From: Mytilus californianus
Lineage: Eukaryota
DNA length: 64,000 bases
Direction: 5' to 3'
Assembly (NCBI RefSeq): GCF_021869535.1
Contig: NW_026262679.1
Location: 27,962,001 to 28,026,000 of the forward strand
The translations under genes and the position numbers were made by a program. The notes under the pieces were generated by a model. It worked only from the letters and a program-made list of their open reading frames with translations, did no database searches and was not told where the DNA came from. Shown here in pieces: positions 52,648-64,000 of this stretch; within the stretch, counting starts at the first letter, position 1; the number at the start of each line of letters is the position of its first letter.

Positions 52648-54342
52648 TAAGTATTTTCATGCGCATACTCTCATTTCCCATACGCAAACAGTAGACTTCA
52701 GTCTTCGAACCCTATTCAGATTCAGATTTTATTCTAATTAATTTCTAAAAAAATCTATTGCAGTGGACGTAACTTTAAAAAATGTCACAATCAATTGTTC
52801 AAATAGTAAGCGAGATCATGAAACACATTTTTGAACTAAATACTCTAACGCTGAGTGTGAATAACTGTTGTTTCGTTGGTCGAGGAGTTTCAGAGGAATT
52901 TTTTGGGGACAACGACGGACGACGGACACCTAGTGATGACCATATAGCTCACAATGGTTCTTTACGTCAGATGAGCAAAAACTAGGCCTATTTATCAGTA
53001 AAATAAAGAAAAAGGGAAAATAAAATAAAAACAGCTCTGTGTGCTATATCTTGATCATGAAGCAGCTTCTGTCCCAATGTTTTTGAAATTACAGGAAGGT
53101 TTGGCAGAGTTTTTTTTTTTTTTTTTTTATAAATTTTAGCACAGACTGTACCAAAATGCTGATTGCATATAAATACTACGTTCATTTCTTACGCTAGATC
53201 GTGAATTAATATTTCGATTATATATAAGAAGCTTATATAACTTAAAGGCTTCCTGAAATTCCATGCCGGTTTGAAAAAAGGTAATTATTATTTTAAACCT
53301 ACACTAGACTATAATTGTGAAGTCCAAAAAAAAAAACACAATTTATCTGTAAAATTCGGGAAAATGGAACAAGACTATTTTTAAAGTTTGCTACAGATCA
53401 TAAAATAGGTTCTGTCAAAGTTTTGTGAAAAAAAATGCATGAAACTTTAACCCCAGACTGTATTTAAATGTTGACGACGCAGACGATGCCAATGATGACA
53501 GATTCTAGGACTTTATGTGTCGCCTTCGCTACTTTCATTTCAGTCGAGAAAAAAGTAAGGAAACGATCAAAGATAGATATTCTCTTAGTCACTATTTCAT
53601 AAGAGTTTTATGATAGATTGTCTTTTTTAAATTGGGAAACTAACAGAACATCATATCCAATTGTATTACCTTTGTATGCTATACGTAGTAGTTGAATAAA
53701 TAGTCGGGAAAGGTGAAAATAAAATAAGCTTTTCATGCATGGCTGATATGTTAACAAGCAATGTCAATTTTCGTACTTTACGATAATGGGTGAATATTAA
53801 TGAATTTTTTTAAACGGAACAAAAAAGAAAATGTGTTAAATCAAAACTTAAAACTATAAAATAAATTTGATTATGCGGTATGGTTCATTCCGACAACAAG
53901 TTACCCTTCATGTTTTGTACGTTCGTCGCTTATCCGTACACTTTAATAAAAATAGTTTTTATTACCTAGATTTTTTAATGAAACCAATTATTTGAATATT
54001 TTTTATCAACCTTTACATTTTAAAGTTTTCTTCAGTCTAGTTATTTTAGATATATTTAAACATGGCTTGTATTTCTGCACTAAACGTCCTCTGTTACATT
54101 CGAGGCCAACTCATTGATAAAAACAACCTATTTTAAGCATTAAAGGTTAAACCATAGCTGAAAAAATATCTGTGGTGATTCTGACTAATAGATCCAAATA
54201 CATAACATTTTATTTAACAAGTACAGTAAATAAGAAACACACATCGTGTTTAACAGAGACCTTAAATGGTCATAGAAGATACATTTAGCCCTTCGTTCCG
54301 TTTCGACAGTTTACCATGTTTAATCATTTGAGAATTGTCGTC

Positions 54343-54744
54343 TTAATTTGTTTGAATACAGTTTATGTCTTCTTTATTGAAACAATCATCATTACTTCGT
54401 TTTTTTACAAATAAAGGTAGATTGTCAACAGCTCTGGGTACTGGGATATAGTACAATTCTGCGTCTTTATTCTCAAGCTTCCAGTCGCAACTTTTGCACA
54501 CTTCCAAAACAAAAAGTTTTAATACTAATTTGGCAAAATCTTTTCCTATACAAGTTCTTGGACCACCACCGAAAGTGGCATAATTATATCGGGTTTCTAA
54601 ATTATCTGGTGTTATCCTGTCGAAATTGGGCAGGTCATCCCATCGATCTGGTTTGAATACGTCTGAATTCGTATAAAGTGGTGACGTATGGTGAGTATCC
54701 CGTATACCATAGGCAACAGTCCAACCTTTCGGTATTTTATAACC
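54343..54744 (-). CDS. CYP26: CYP26-like cytochrome P450, last exon
   Basis: Acceptor tttcAG at 54746-54745, phase 0. Translation GYKIPKGWTVAYGIRDTH...FKPDRW...FGGGPRTCIGKDFAKL...IPVPRAVDNLPL includes the PERF-like and heme-Cys motifs. TAA at 54345-54343. Not in the ORF track. Confidence 0.92.
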   Translation of the reverse strand, partial: GYKIPKGWTVAYGIRDTHHTSPLYTNSDVFKPDRWDDLPNFDRITPDNLETRYNYATFGGGPRTCIGKDFAKLVLKLFVLEVCKSCDWKLENKDAELYYIPVPRAVDNLPLFVKKRSNDDCFNKEDINCIQTN

Positions 54745-55492
54745 CTGAAAATATAATTAAACATCATTTAAATTCAATTATGTAATAAATAATTATATAT
54801 CTATATGACGGATGTGGCAATAGACACAGCTAATCCGTAGTCGTCCAAATTCTATTCATATACCTGATCTACAGTGTTATGTAATGTAGACAGACAAATA
54901 TTTCACATGCCGATATAAAGAGAATCAAGTTTAACCGATTTTTTATTTTTTTAACTTGACTACTTGAAAAATAGTAAACATGTGTAACAAACGATCCGGA
55001 ACTGATAATTGTTGTGGGTGTAATAAAACAGAAATTAAATCCCAACCTCTTGTGCGTATTAAAATTGAAAATATTTAAGAATCGATCACAAAGTTACATA
55101 ATGCAGTGTAACTCTTCTAGCTGCTTTACATTATAAATATTGTGTGCAATGCATAGTCTCTCAAAATGGTAACTGTAAGCCGGTTTTAAATGATAGTGGA
55201 TAGTATAAAGTAAGCCCCATAATATTACATTCGTTTAAAACTATTAAATACCCACAAAATATTTAACATAATAAATTCTTTTAATAAATTTGAATATACA
55301 TTTTTGCTCTCTTTTCTGCTTTTTGCTCAGTATAAATTTCAATAATAGCAAGCGAATGTTGATTTAGTGATCGCAGTTTCGAGCCAGCTTTAGACATATC
55401 ATATTTGGTCACAGGTTCGGAAATACGCCAACATTTTGTTAAAACCTTAAAGTTCACATATGAATCTCACAGTGTGAATTTTATTTTAAGAT

Positions 55493-55822
55493 TGATGATG
55501 ATGATTGATGGCTGCTTAACGTCCAGCGGCAAATTAATATGCATATTCAGGACGAGAACATGTTAATGTAATATGAATATCAACCCTGCTTTGTACTAGA
55601 CCGACACGCTGAGCTAGTTCACAAGGTAACAGTCTGTAGGAAGACATGCTACCTTACCCGGACACATTATTCTGACTCCAAGCCGACCAGTCTTTGCTCT
55701 TACTACTTAACGCCGTATGCTTAGCAGAGAATCAGCAAATACCAATTTTAAAGTCTTTGGTTTGACCCGGCCGGGGTTCGAACCCACGACCTCCCTCACT
55801 CGAAATGAAAACGCTACCACAA
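55493..55822 (-). mobile_element. tRNA-derived SINE in a CYP26 intron
   Basis: The minus-strand head carries a pol III B-box (GGTCGTGGGTTCGAACCCCGG, 55771-55791). It is followed by a non-tRNA body (ccaaagactttaaaattggtatttgctg...) and a (CAT/CAAT)n tail. The body resembles the Meta-type SINE core from recall, not verified. Confidence 0.75.
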
Positions 55823-55966
55823 GATTAAAGGACTTAAGAAAATAGGCATAGTGTGAAATTAAGTCAGGGGAAATTGGTCCTCATTCTTTAACGGCCTTGA
55901 ATGAAAAACTGTCGTAACTCACGAGTAACCGAAGGAGATTACAATATCAAATAATATAACTTGTAC

Positions 55967-56371
55967 CTCTAGTTGGAATGATTTAAGCACCTTCCTATAT
56001 CCTGCTCCAACAGGGGGTGTCATGCGTAGAACCTCTTTGGTGACATTGTACGCATATTTGTATTTTGGAAGATCATTTAAAGTCAGAATATCAAGATCAT
56101 CTGATCCTATTTCCTCTCGTACTTTATGAATGACATTTGGATATTTGCCAAGAAACATTAGACAGGAACACATTGCACTGGAAGTCGTATCATGGCTGGC
56201 GAACATCAGTTCAACAATTGACTCGCATGTTTTGAATCGACAGTTTTCTTCTTCTTCTCGGAGAAGGAAATCTAAAGCACTTACACTCTTTCTATCGTCT
56301 ACGGGAATGTTTTCTAATTTTTGTATATTTTCTGCAATTCTTTGGATTAATCGCTTTTTTGCTTTGAGTGC
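55967..56371 (-). CDS. CYP26: CYP26-like cytochrome P450, middle exon
   Basis: Acceptor ttttAG at 56373-56372, donor GTACAA at 55966, 405 bp, phase 0/0. Contains the I-helix ELMFASHDTTSSA and the K-helix KEVLR followed by PPVGAGYRKVLKSFQL. Confidence 0.92.
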
Positions 56372-57080
56372 CTAAAAAAGGAAATGTATCTAAATTATTT
56401 TTATGTTTTTTTCTTCAAACAGCTTTAATAACTTTGATTTAAGTATAAACAACAGATATATAGTATTGTTCATTTTGCATCTTTTATACGTGTGACAACC
56501 TTTGCGACATGTTAAACGGAAAATGTTTGTGGCAATATTCCTTTCACCACATGTGTCGATTAGAAAAAAAACAATTGAAGGAAATATGAAAACGCTAAAT
56601 AACAGCCATGGCAACAGAAATCTATCTTAGAGACTGTGAAAATAAGACAACGAGAAAACTTCCCATCGTGTGTCGTGGTGTAGCATAGTAGTCTTTAAAA
56701 TATTAAATAACGGGGTGACTGGAAATTCAATGAAAGGAGATGTAGACAATGCGCCAATGAGGTGACCCGACAAATATTCTAATATTTCAAATTAATCAAG
56801 TTATCAAAGGAACTTTGTTTATTATTGATGTTTTCTTCTAAATAATTGCTTAAAAAAGCTTATATCTTACAAAAAAGTGAAGCTACCTAGCATTCACCTG
56901 AGCGGCGGTACTCCTTTAAGTGCATTGGATTCCGTTACTTACACATTTAAACAACTCATCGACTACTCAATAAATTATATCTTAAATCTGTGAAGTTATC
57001 AACAAACGTCGGCAGTTGACAAATTATATAATAAAAAAAACAGGTTATCGCAATATAATAGCATGTATGTATATATAAGA

Positions 57081-57378
57081 TCTCACAAAACATGTTTAAC
57101 CCTGCCGCATTTTTGCGCCTGTCCCAAGTCAGGAGCCTCTAGCCTTTGTTAGTCTTGTATGATTTTTAATTTTAGTTCATTTATATGTTTTGGAGTTTAG
57201 TATAACGTCCATTATCACTGAACTAGTACACATTTTTGTTTAGGGGCCAGCTGAAGCACGCCTCCGTGTGCAGGATTTTCTCGCTGTGTTGAAGATCCAT
57301 TGGTGGCCTTGGGCTGTTTTCTGCTCTTTGGTCGGGTTGTTGTCTCTTTGACACATTCCCCATTTCCATTCTCATTTT
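57081..57378 (+). mobile_element. Third, shortest 5'-truncated family-A copy (CYP26 intron)
   Basis: 7-bp TSD tataaga at 57074-57080 and 57379-57385; same 3' end as the other two copies. Confidence 0.8.
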
Positions 57379-59491
57379 TATAAGAGTCTATATATCATAA
57401 TATATACAAAGAGACATGTTCCTGTCTATACTATTCATCGTAAGGAATCATGATGCTGTTGTATACCGAAATTCATGACCTTGGAAGCAAACACATTGTT
57501 GGAACGTCTGAGTGTTGTTCATCACATCTGTCGAAAACTTGAAGAATTGTAATACGTCCGGTGCACTATTTTCAGTAAATAAACAGTAACAATACGAGGT
57601 CACCCTTCAGAAATATAGTGCGGATGATGAGAATCGATAGCTAGATAATTATAGAACTAGTTCTATAACAATACTAAACACAAATATAACTGCAGCGTGT
57701 TAATTATTGTCACCGTGGGGTGTTGATCAAAATGAAACATTACACAGAAACGTCAGGAAAAAATGTAACAATAGAAAACTGTATGTGTTGTTACAACCCA
57801 TTTGTTGTTCATGTTGTTATCCTAAATTTTGTAATAACTTTATATCGACGAAAATCAGGATTGAATCACCCTTCCCAAGGCGGAACCGTCCTAGAATCAC
57901 CCCTTTAAAAAATAGACCTAATCCTAAAATACGATTAAACGGTTTATTCCTCCTATTCCCTATATTTTAAAATCTGGTATGTTATTTGTAAAAATCCATG
58001 TAGGAATGGGAGGAATACTTAGATAAACACGGGTTTAAATCGGATTAGGTTGTAAAAACATAAAGCTAATTAACTTCAGGTAAATATCCATAAAACCTCT
58101 TGAGTTTTCTTCAATGTCCAATTTGAAAATATCAATAGTAGAAAATGTAAAAAAAATGTTCTAACAAATGCATGTTCTTGTCTCATTGAAATTGTCCTGT
58201 ATCCTTATTTTGTTTTATTCTATTTTTCTATTTTTTCAAAATTGTTGTGTTTATTTTCTCGTGTCACGAATGAAAAGTTTTCGTCATTGAGTTAATCCAT
58301 CAAAAAAACAAATCAAAATAGATTGTTACAAAGTCCCAAAAGATAGAGTTTACTAACACAATGATGTAAGCTGTATTTAAGCACCATATTATACTTTTAG
58401 GACTACTAGCTGAGTAACAATGAAAAATATCATCCTTATACATGAGAGAAAAATATCAAAACCACTATAGGCAGTATAATATGTTTAGATATGAGAATTT
58501 ATCATAAATCAGTCCTTCTAAAGTATGAATTTAAGTTCTACCTGAGCATGTTACATGTACATGAACCATTAGAAAATTAACAAAATGATGAATATTTTTA
58601 AATACATTTTTTTACATTTAAAATAATATTTTTAAATTATTAGAATTTATCACAAACCCAGTCCATATAAAATCATTGTGATCTGGAACTAATACATGAA
58701 TTGGTCCTATTCATAGGTCATAGGTGCAGCATTTGGGTACGGTGGACTACTACAGAAGTATCTTACTTTGAGTGATATGAAGTGTAGTTTAAATTTGGCT
58801 TTGCCTATTCAACCTTATACTTTTATAGCATTTATCCCAGCATCAAGGCTATCGTTTATTAAGATTACGGTTCAAATTTCAAACTATATATGTGTAATAT
58901 GTATAATTCAATTTGTTAAGCCTTTTCTCCCTCATTACTTTTTAAAGTTAAATATTTGGAATTTCCTTTTATATGAATTTAAAGTACATTTCTATATCTA
59001 ATTTTCTATTTTATTATCAGTAATGCATCCATTGTTTTTATCTTAATATTCATAATTCTTCATAAATACATAAAAAGGGGGGCACCAAAAAGGGGGTATT
59101 TTTTGCACTTATTTACCTGAACATGAATTGCTTAAAACAACAAATTGCCTTATAACAACTGCTGTTGAACTTTGATTGTATATTATATCTTTATTCTCAT
59201 AAACCAAAATCCATGGTACAGAGATATTATAAACATTAATAATATAACATATAGTCAGAATTAATACAAATGTATGATCTACAACCAGAAAAAAGAAATT
59301 CCAGCTTATATAAAAGTTATTAAACAATGTTTCCCCTAAGAGTCCAATGAATAGATGGAATATGCATTTTTAAAATGGTTTATTCAACCTATGCCAACAT
59401 TTTGAAATTTAGGTATAAAATTGTATGAAAAAAATGTTGGCATAGGTTGGCAAAATTTAGCAATATTGTACGACTTGTAGCTTAAAAAGTA

Positions 59492-59558
59492 GCGCGGTGA
59501 ATGATACTGAATGAAAGAGCTCTGTCAGAGCTCTTTCATTCAGTATCATTCACCGCGC
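59492..59558. repeat. Perfect 67-bp palindrome (32-bp arms, 3-nt loop)
   Basis: gcgcggtgaatgatactgaatgaaagagctct-gtc-agagctctttcattcagtatcattcaccgcgc. Confidence 0.95.
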
Positions 59559-59619
59559 AGTCTGTCACAACTAGTAAAAGCCAATATATATATAAAAGTT
59601 TCTTTATTATTTTTACGTA

Positions 59620-59655
<36 letters not shown>

Positions 59656-59658
<3 letters not shown>

Positions 59659-59775
59659 AGTCTAAATTGAAAACAACGTTTAAACCTATGATTGCGTTGG
59701 ATAAAAACCGCAAATTTTATACGTGTGCATGCAATAACAAATTTATAGAGGGGTCTAAATACAGCACAAACAACA
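59656..59775 (-). repeat. Solo 120-bp fragment of the 544-bp hammerhead-array unit (no ribozyme), next to (TA)n
   Basis: acaagtctaaattgaaaacaacgtttaaacctatgattgcgttggataaaaaccgc...cagcacaaacaaca matches the array unit start. (TA)n lies at 59625-59654. Confidence 0.9.
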
Positions 59776-61676
59776 TATAATATATATATAATTTATACCT
59801 AAAAATAATAAAGCAACTTTTCAAAAATGAAATTTTAATTTAAATATAGAACACGAACCAATGGCAAAGGAAGATAGGCGCTGGAAAATAAGTCCAACGA
59901 TGAGAGAGCAGAGACATGTATACATGTGTATGTATGTCTCTGGTGATAGCAACCAAAGTTTTAAAGCTCTCTATTGTCTTGGCACACACGAGATTGTCTG
60001 GTATTCTATTCCAATCGGAAACTGTTATTACAAAGAATGACTATTTATATTGGTCAGATTTACTAGATGGAATTTTGAAACACCGGCTGTTGTTTTAGAC
60101 AAATTTGTCTCTAACAATGTTTGTTGTTTTATAGTCACTAAATTGTTTGGATCTTATTTGACGTTTTGGTCTCTCCTTAACTAATACTAAATCTAGCGGG
60201 ATAGCTGGTACCAACTCCCTTGCCATCTTTATTTTATGTTTTTTTTTGTAATTTTTTTATTTTTTTATTTATATATTTTGTTTTAATTTCATATTTAGAA
60301 CAACAAAATTTTGCAAGTATTTTACCATACAGAAGTGTTCTTTTGTATTATTTTTGTTTATATTTTTCAAATTACATATTTACTACAACATAATATTGCA
60401 TAGTATTTAACTGATGTTTATAATTGTATTAAGGATTAATTTTTAAAGCTTTAAAATACTGACTGTATTTCACCAGTAATTGATTATTAATTGTTATAAC
60501 AACACCTATTGTTTGTAGGCATAGATTGAATATATATTTTTCAAATGGAGGCATAGGTTGAAGACACCTTTAAAATGTAGGAATATCAGGAAGACACCCG
60601 ATTAAACCTCTGTTTAAACATTATTGATACCATGTCACTATTATCCCCAATTTAGCAATATATACATTATGACTTGGCAAGTCTATTCACATCGGTTTTT
60701 CATTTCACCCAGTAAATTACAAAACATTATACAAGAGAAAATTACAACAGTTTTATAATCAATGATAATATTACGTAATCACATTACACACTTATAGATA
60801 AACTCTAGTCTTTATATAAAAAAAATCTTTGTCTATGGTAAAAATTCAGACGTCGTTGGAAAGAAAAATAAGTCAATGTGTCGTTTTGCTCGTAAATTAT
60901 TGTCTTATATCTTCATTTGAATAGTTTTACATGTTTTGAAAATCATGAAGGATTTGAAGATGGTAACACCCATGACATACGACACTCAGATTATATCAAA
61001 ATAAAGACTATTAGATATAAGCGACAGAGTTTCAAAACAAAGGTTGAGGAGCAATTTAGTCTGGAAGAACGTGCTTTATTTATTAGTTGTAATTGGCTTT
61101 GAACTAGATTTCAGTAACAGCGAGTACTCTTGTGTCCATTGTTTTTATGTTAGTTGTTTTTTATCCTCGTACCGATCTTTTGAGTTAAGCCAATTGAAAC
61201 AGATTTTTACAGTTTGTTTACTTATGGCGAGCTGTTACACCACTATCCCACTGGCGTTCACAAACATACTTAATTCCGCCACATTCTTTATGTGCCTGTT
61301 CTAAGTCAGGCGCTTTCAGTTCGTCGCTCGTGTAAGCACGAAACACACGATTTGCTTTTAATCAGATTGGATGAAATAATTTTACACATAGCTATAGAAA
61401 TCAAAAAGTTAATCAGCGCTATGCAGTGTAGAAAATTTGATACAATATTGTCCGTTAAACAAGTTGGCACATCTGGGGTGTAGAAATTAAACTCCACGCC
61501 ATCGAAGAAAAAACATTTTCAATTGTCAAATGTCCACTACCCCATCAAGAATTACCTTTTTTGGGGTCTGTCGTTTTCTGAACACAGAACAAGAATATAA
61601 AAAATAATCAGTTTAATGGGTGTGCGATCATTTAAAAACCTGGGTAATTGTACTATAAGCATTCTGATGTTCTTAC

Positions 61677-62177
61677 CTTGTAAAGTCCAAACCCAGGCAA
61701 TTCAATCGGCAAAGAAAACATGTTATGAACCATTGATTGGTAAATTGAACTAAGTTCGTTCCCCATTTCATCATCACAGTCAAAACCGGCCAAGCATTTT
61801 GCTGCTATGATAAAAGCTAGATTTCTACATTGCGGGTATCCAAGAATGTTTCCCTTTTTACACCATTCATCTATGAAATGTTTTATTGTTTTTCTAATTA
61901 TTGGTATATGTTGATTTAATGCATCTGGTAGAAATAGATTTATAAGCAATCTTTTCCTTTCTTTGTGCTCGTGAATATCGTCCATCATAGACAGTGCATA
62001 AGGACCGAGTACTTTCCGAATGCTCGGTGGCCATTGTGATGACACATAAGAGTTCTCTGACATTAGAATTTTGCGGAGATTGTGTGCCCCCGAAACACGT
62101 ATAGTTGGTCTTCCAAGCACATGTGTCCTATATACGTTACCATATTTATTTTGACGTGATTTGTAGAACTTGTCGTT
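61677..62177 (-). CDS. CYP26: CYP26-like cytochrome P450, second exon (exon 1 is beyond the window end)
   Basis: Acceptor tttcAG at 62179-62178, donor GTAAGA at 61676, 501 bp, phase 0/0. Contains KYGNVYRTHVLGRPTIRVSGAHNLRKILMSE...WPPSIRKVLG...FSLPIELPGFGLYK, which is characteristic of CYP26. Confidence 0.9.
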
Positions 62178-62949
62178 CTGAAAATGAAAAAAAAAAACAT
62201 TTTACTGTATGTCAATACAGAACATGTTTATTGTTTTGCACCAATCATGTACAATTGTTTTTAATTTAACAGCAAAAAAAAAAACATGAAGCAACTGGAT
62301 GACACATAAAATGACTTGTAGATTTAAATTTAATTGTTTTAAAATTTTTCTGTTAACAGTTTTTTTTTATCCAATAAAATCGTTTTCAAGATAATAAACC
62401 CATAAAAAGGGCTAAAGTTCATGAAAATTTCTTTACATACAATAACCTCAATACCGTATTGGCAAAAGTAGCTCATTTTGATTACTGTCTACGTGAATAA
62501 AATGTAACCAATTAATACGCAATGTTAAACAACATTTATAAACAATGGTAATATACCACTCTGTTAAAATACATTGACTTGTAAGAATATTTGAATGCAA
62601 AATGCAGTTGTTGAATTTGTTTTATCACAGGGTAGTGAAATCAAACTTTTCGACCACTAAAAGAAAAATTGATTTGAATAATTCTGTATTTGCTTAGGAA
62701 CAATACTATTTTTCCGAAGATGAATGTATAGTATTGTATTGGTCTGGTATTGTATGGTTGTTTGCTGTGTTATCATGCATTTCACAATGGGATATATTTT
62801 TCAATTCATTTTCATACCATCAAAGCGAAAAGACGAAAAAACGAAACGCGAAAAGGCTAAAACGGATAAAGTTGAAAAACGCAAGACAAAAACCACACAT
62901 TTTCTTTCTTTAACTGTCTGAATTTAACGCTTTCATGCAGTTTTGATTA

Positions 62950-63335
62950 TTTGTAATGTTCGTGGACGTCTTTTAGTTTTAATCATATGTAATGTTCGTG
63001 GACTGCAGTCTTTTAGTTTAAACTATATGCAATGTTCGTGGACTGCAGTCTTTTAGTTTTAATTATATGCAATGTTCGTGGACTGTAGTCTTTTAGTTTT
63101 AATTATATGTAATGTTCGTGGACTGCAGTCCTAGTTTTAATCATGTGTAATGTTCGTGGACTGTAGTCTTTTAGTTTTAATTAATGTAATGTTCGTGGAA
63201 TTGTAGTCTTTAAGTTTTAATTATATGAAATTTTCGTGAACTGTAGTCTTTTAGTTGTAATCATATGTAATGTTCGTGGACTGAAGTCTTTTAGTTTTAA
63301 TTATATGTAATGTTCGTGGACTGTAGTCTTTTCGT
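62950..63335. repeat. 40-bp minisatellite, about 9-10 copies
   Basis: Unit approximately aatgttcgtggactgtagtcttttagttttaattatatgt; gactgcagtc recurs at 63001 and 63041. Confidence 0.92.
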
Positions 63336-63524
63336 CTTTTTCTTGTGGTCCTGGTGTCGATGTCTACCTTTTGCTTCATAATATCAATAGTCCCATCCCC
63401 TTTTATAATGTATTTACTTCGCTTATATTAATTTTTCAAGCCTTTTTAGAATTTATGAATGGCATTAATGCTAGGAATAATCTGTTTTATGAGAAATATT
63501 TTATCTTAATACCAAACATTTCAT

Positions 63525-64000
63525 GAGCATGACCTTACATTTCCAATAGACTATTTCTCACTTACACGATCAACATGACCTTACAATTCCAGTATAAGGT
63601 TTCTCACTTGCACGATTAGCATGACCTAACAATCCCAGTAGACTATTTCTCACTTGCACGATTAGCATGACCTAACAATTCCAGAAGACTATTTCTCACT
63701 TGCACGATTAGCATGACCTTACAATTCCAGTAGACTATTTCTCACTTACACGATCAACATGACCTTACAATTCCAATAGACTATTTCTCACTTACACGAT
63801 CAGCATGAACTTACAATTCCAGTAGAAGGTTTCTCACTTACACGATCAACATGACCTTACAATCCCAGTAGAAGATTTCTCACTTGCACAATCAGCATGA
63901 ACTTACAATTCCAGTAGAAGATTCCTCAATAACACGATCAGCACGACCTTACAATTCCAGTAGAAGGTTTCTCACTTACACGATCAGCATGACCTTACAA
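63525..64000. repeat. 46-bp minisatellite, at least 10 copies, running off the window end
   Basis: catgacc recurs at 63528, 63574, 63620 and onward; unit approximately catgaccttacaattccagtagactatttctcacttacacgatcag. Confidence 0.92.

Noticed and set aside
55760-55822. tRNA gene
   Set aside because: The B-box is present but the A-box side is decayed and the sequence continues into a SINE body.

Overview
AT-rich eukaryotic genomic DNA with spliceosomal introns, most likely from a bivalve mollusc (Mytilus-like). The taxon is inferred from gene content and repeat types, not from a database search. Three host loci can be reconstructed. (1) The 3' part of a sacsin-like gene on + (exons 2927-3340, 11081-22161 and 24354-24629; two GHKL-type sacsin repeats, a J-like HPD motif and a HEPN domain; the 5' end is outside the window). 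(2) A secreted PAN/apple + fibrinogen-related-domain (FReD) lectin-like gene on - (about 32834-39834), apparently a pseudogene because of a TIR-transposon insertion and a frameshift. (3) The last three exons of a CYP26-like cytochrome P450 on - (54343-62177; exon 1 is outside the window). The rest is transposon-derived or tandem-repeat DNA. The most striking feature, absent from the ORF track, is a tandem array of about 3.8 units of 539-544 bp (30581-32627). Each unit carries a minus-strand type I hammerhead ribozyme, making it a retrozyme-like self-cleaving RNA array directly downstream of the FReD locus. Second is a 3.4-kb element with CACTGTG termini, long TIRs and a 5-bp TSD, the signature of Transib/RAG-like transposons, which splits the PAN exon.
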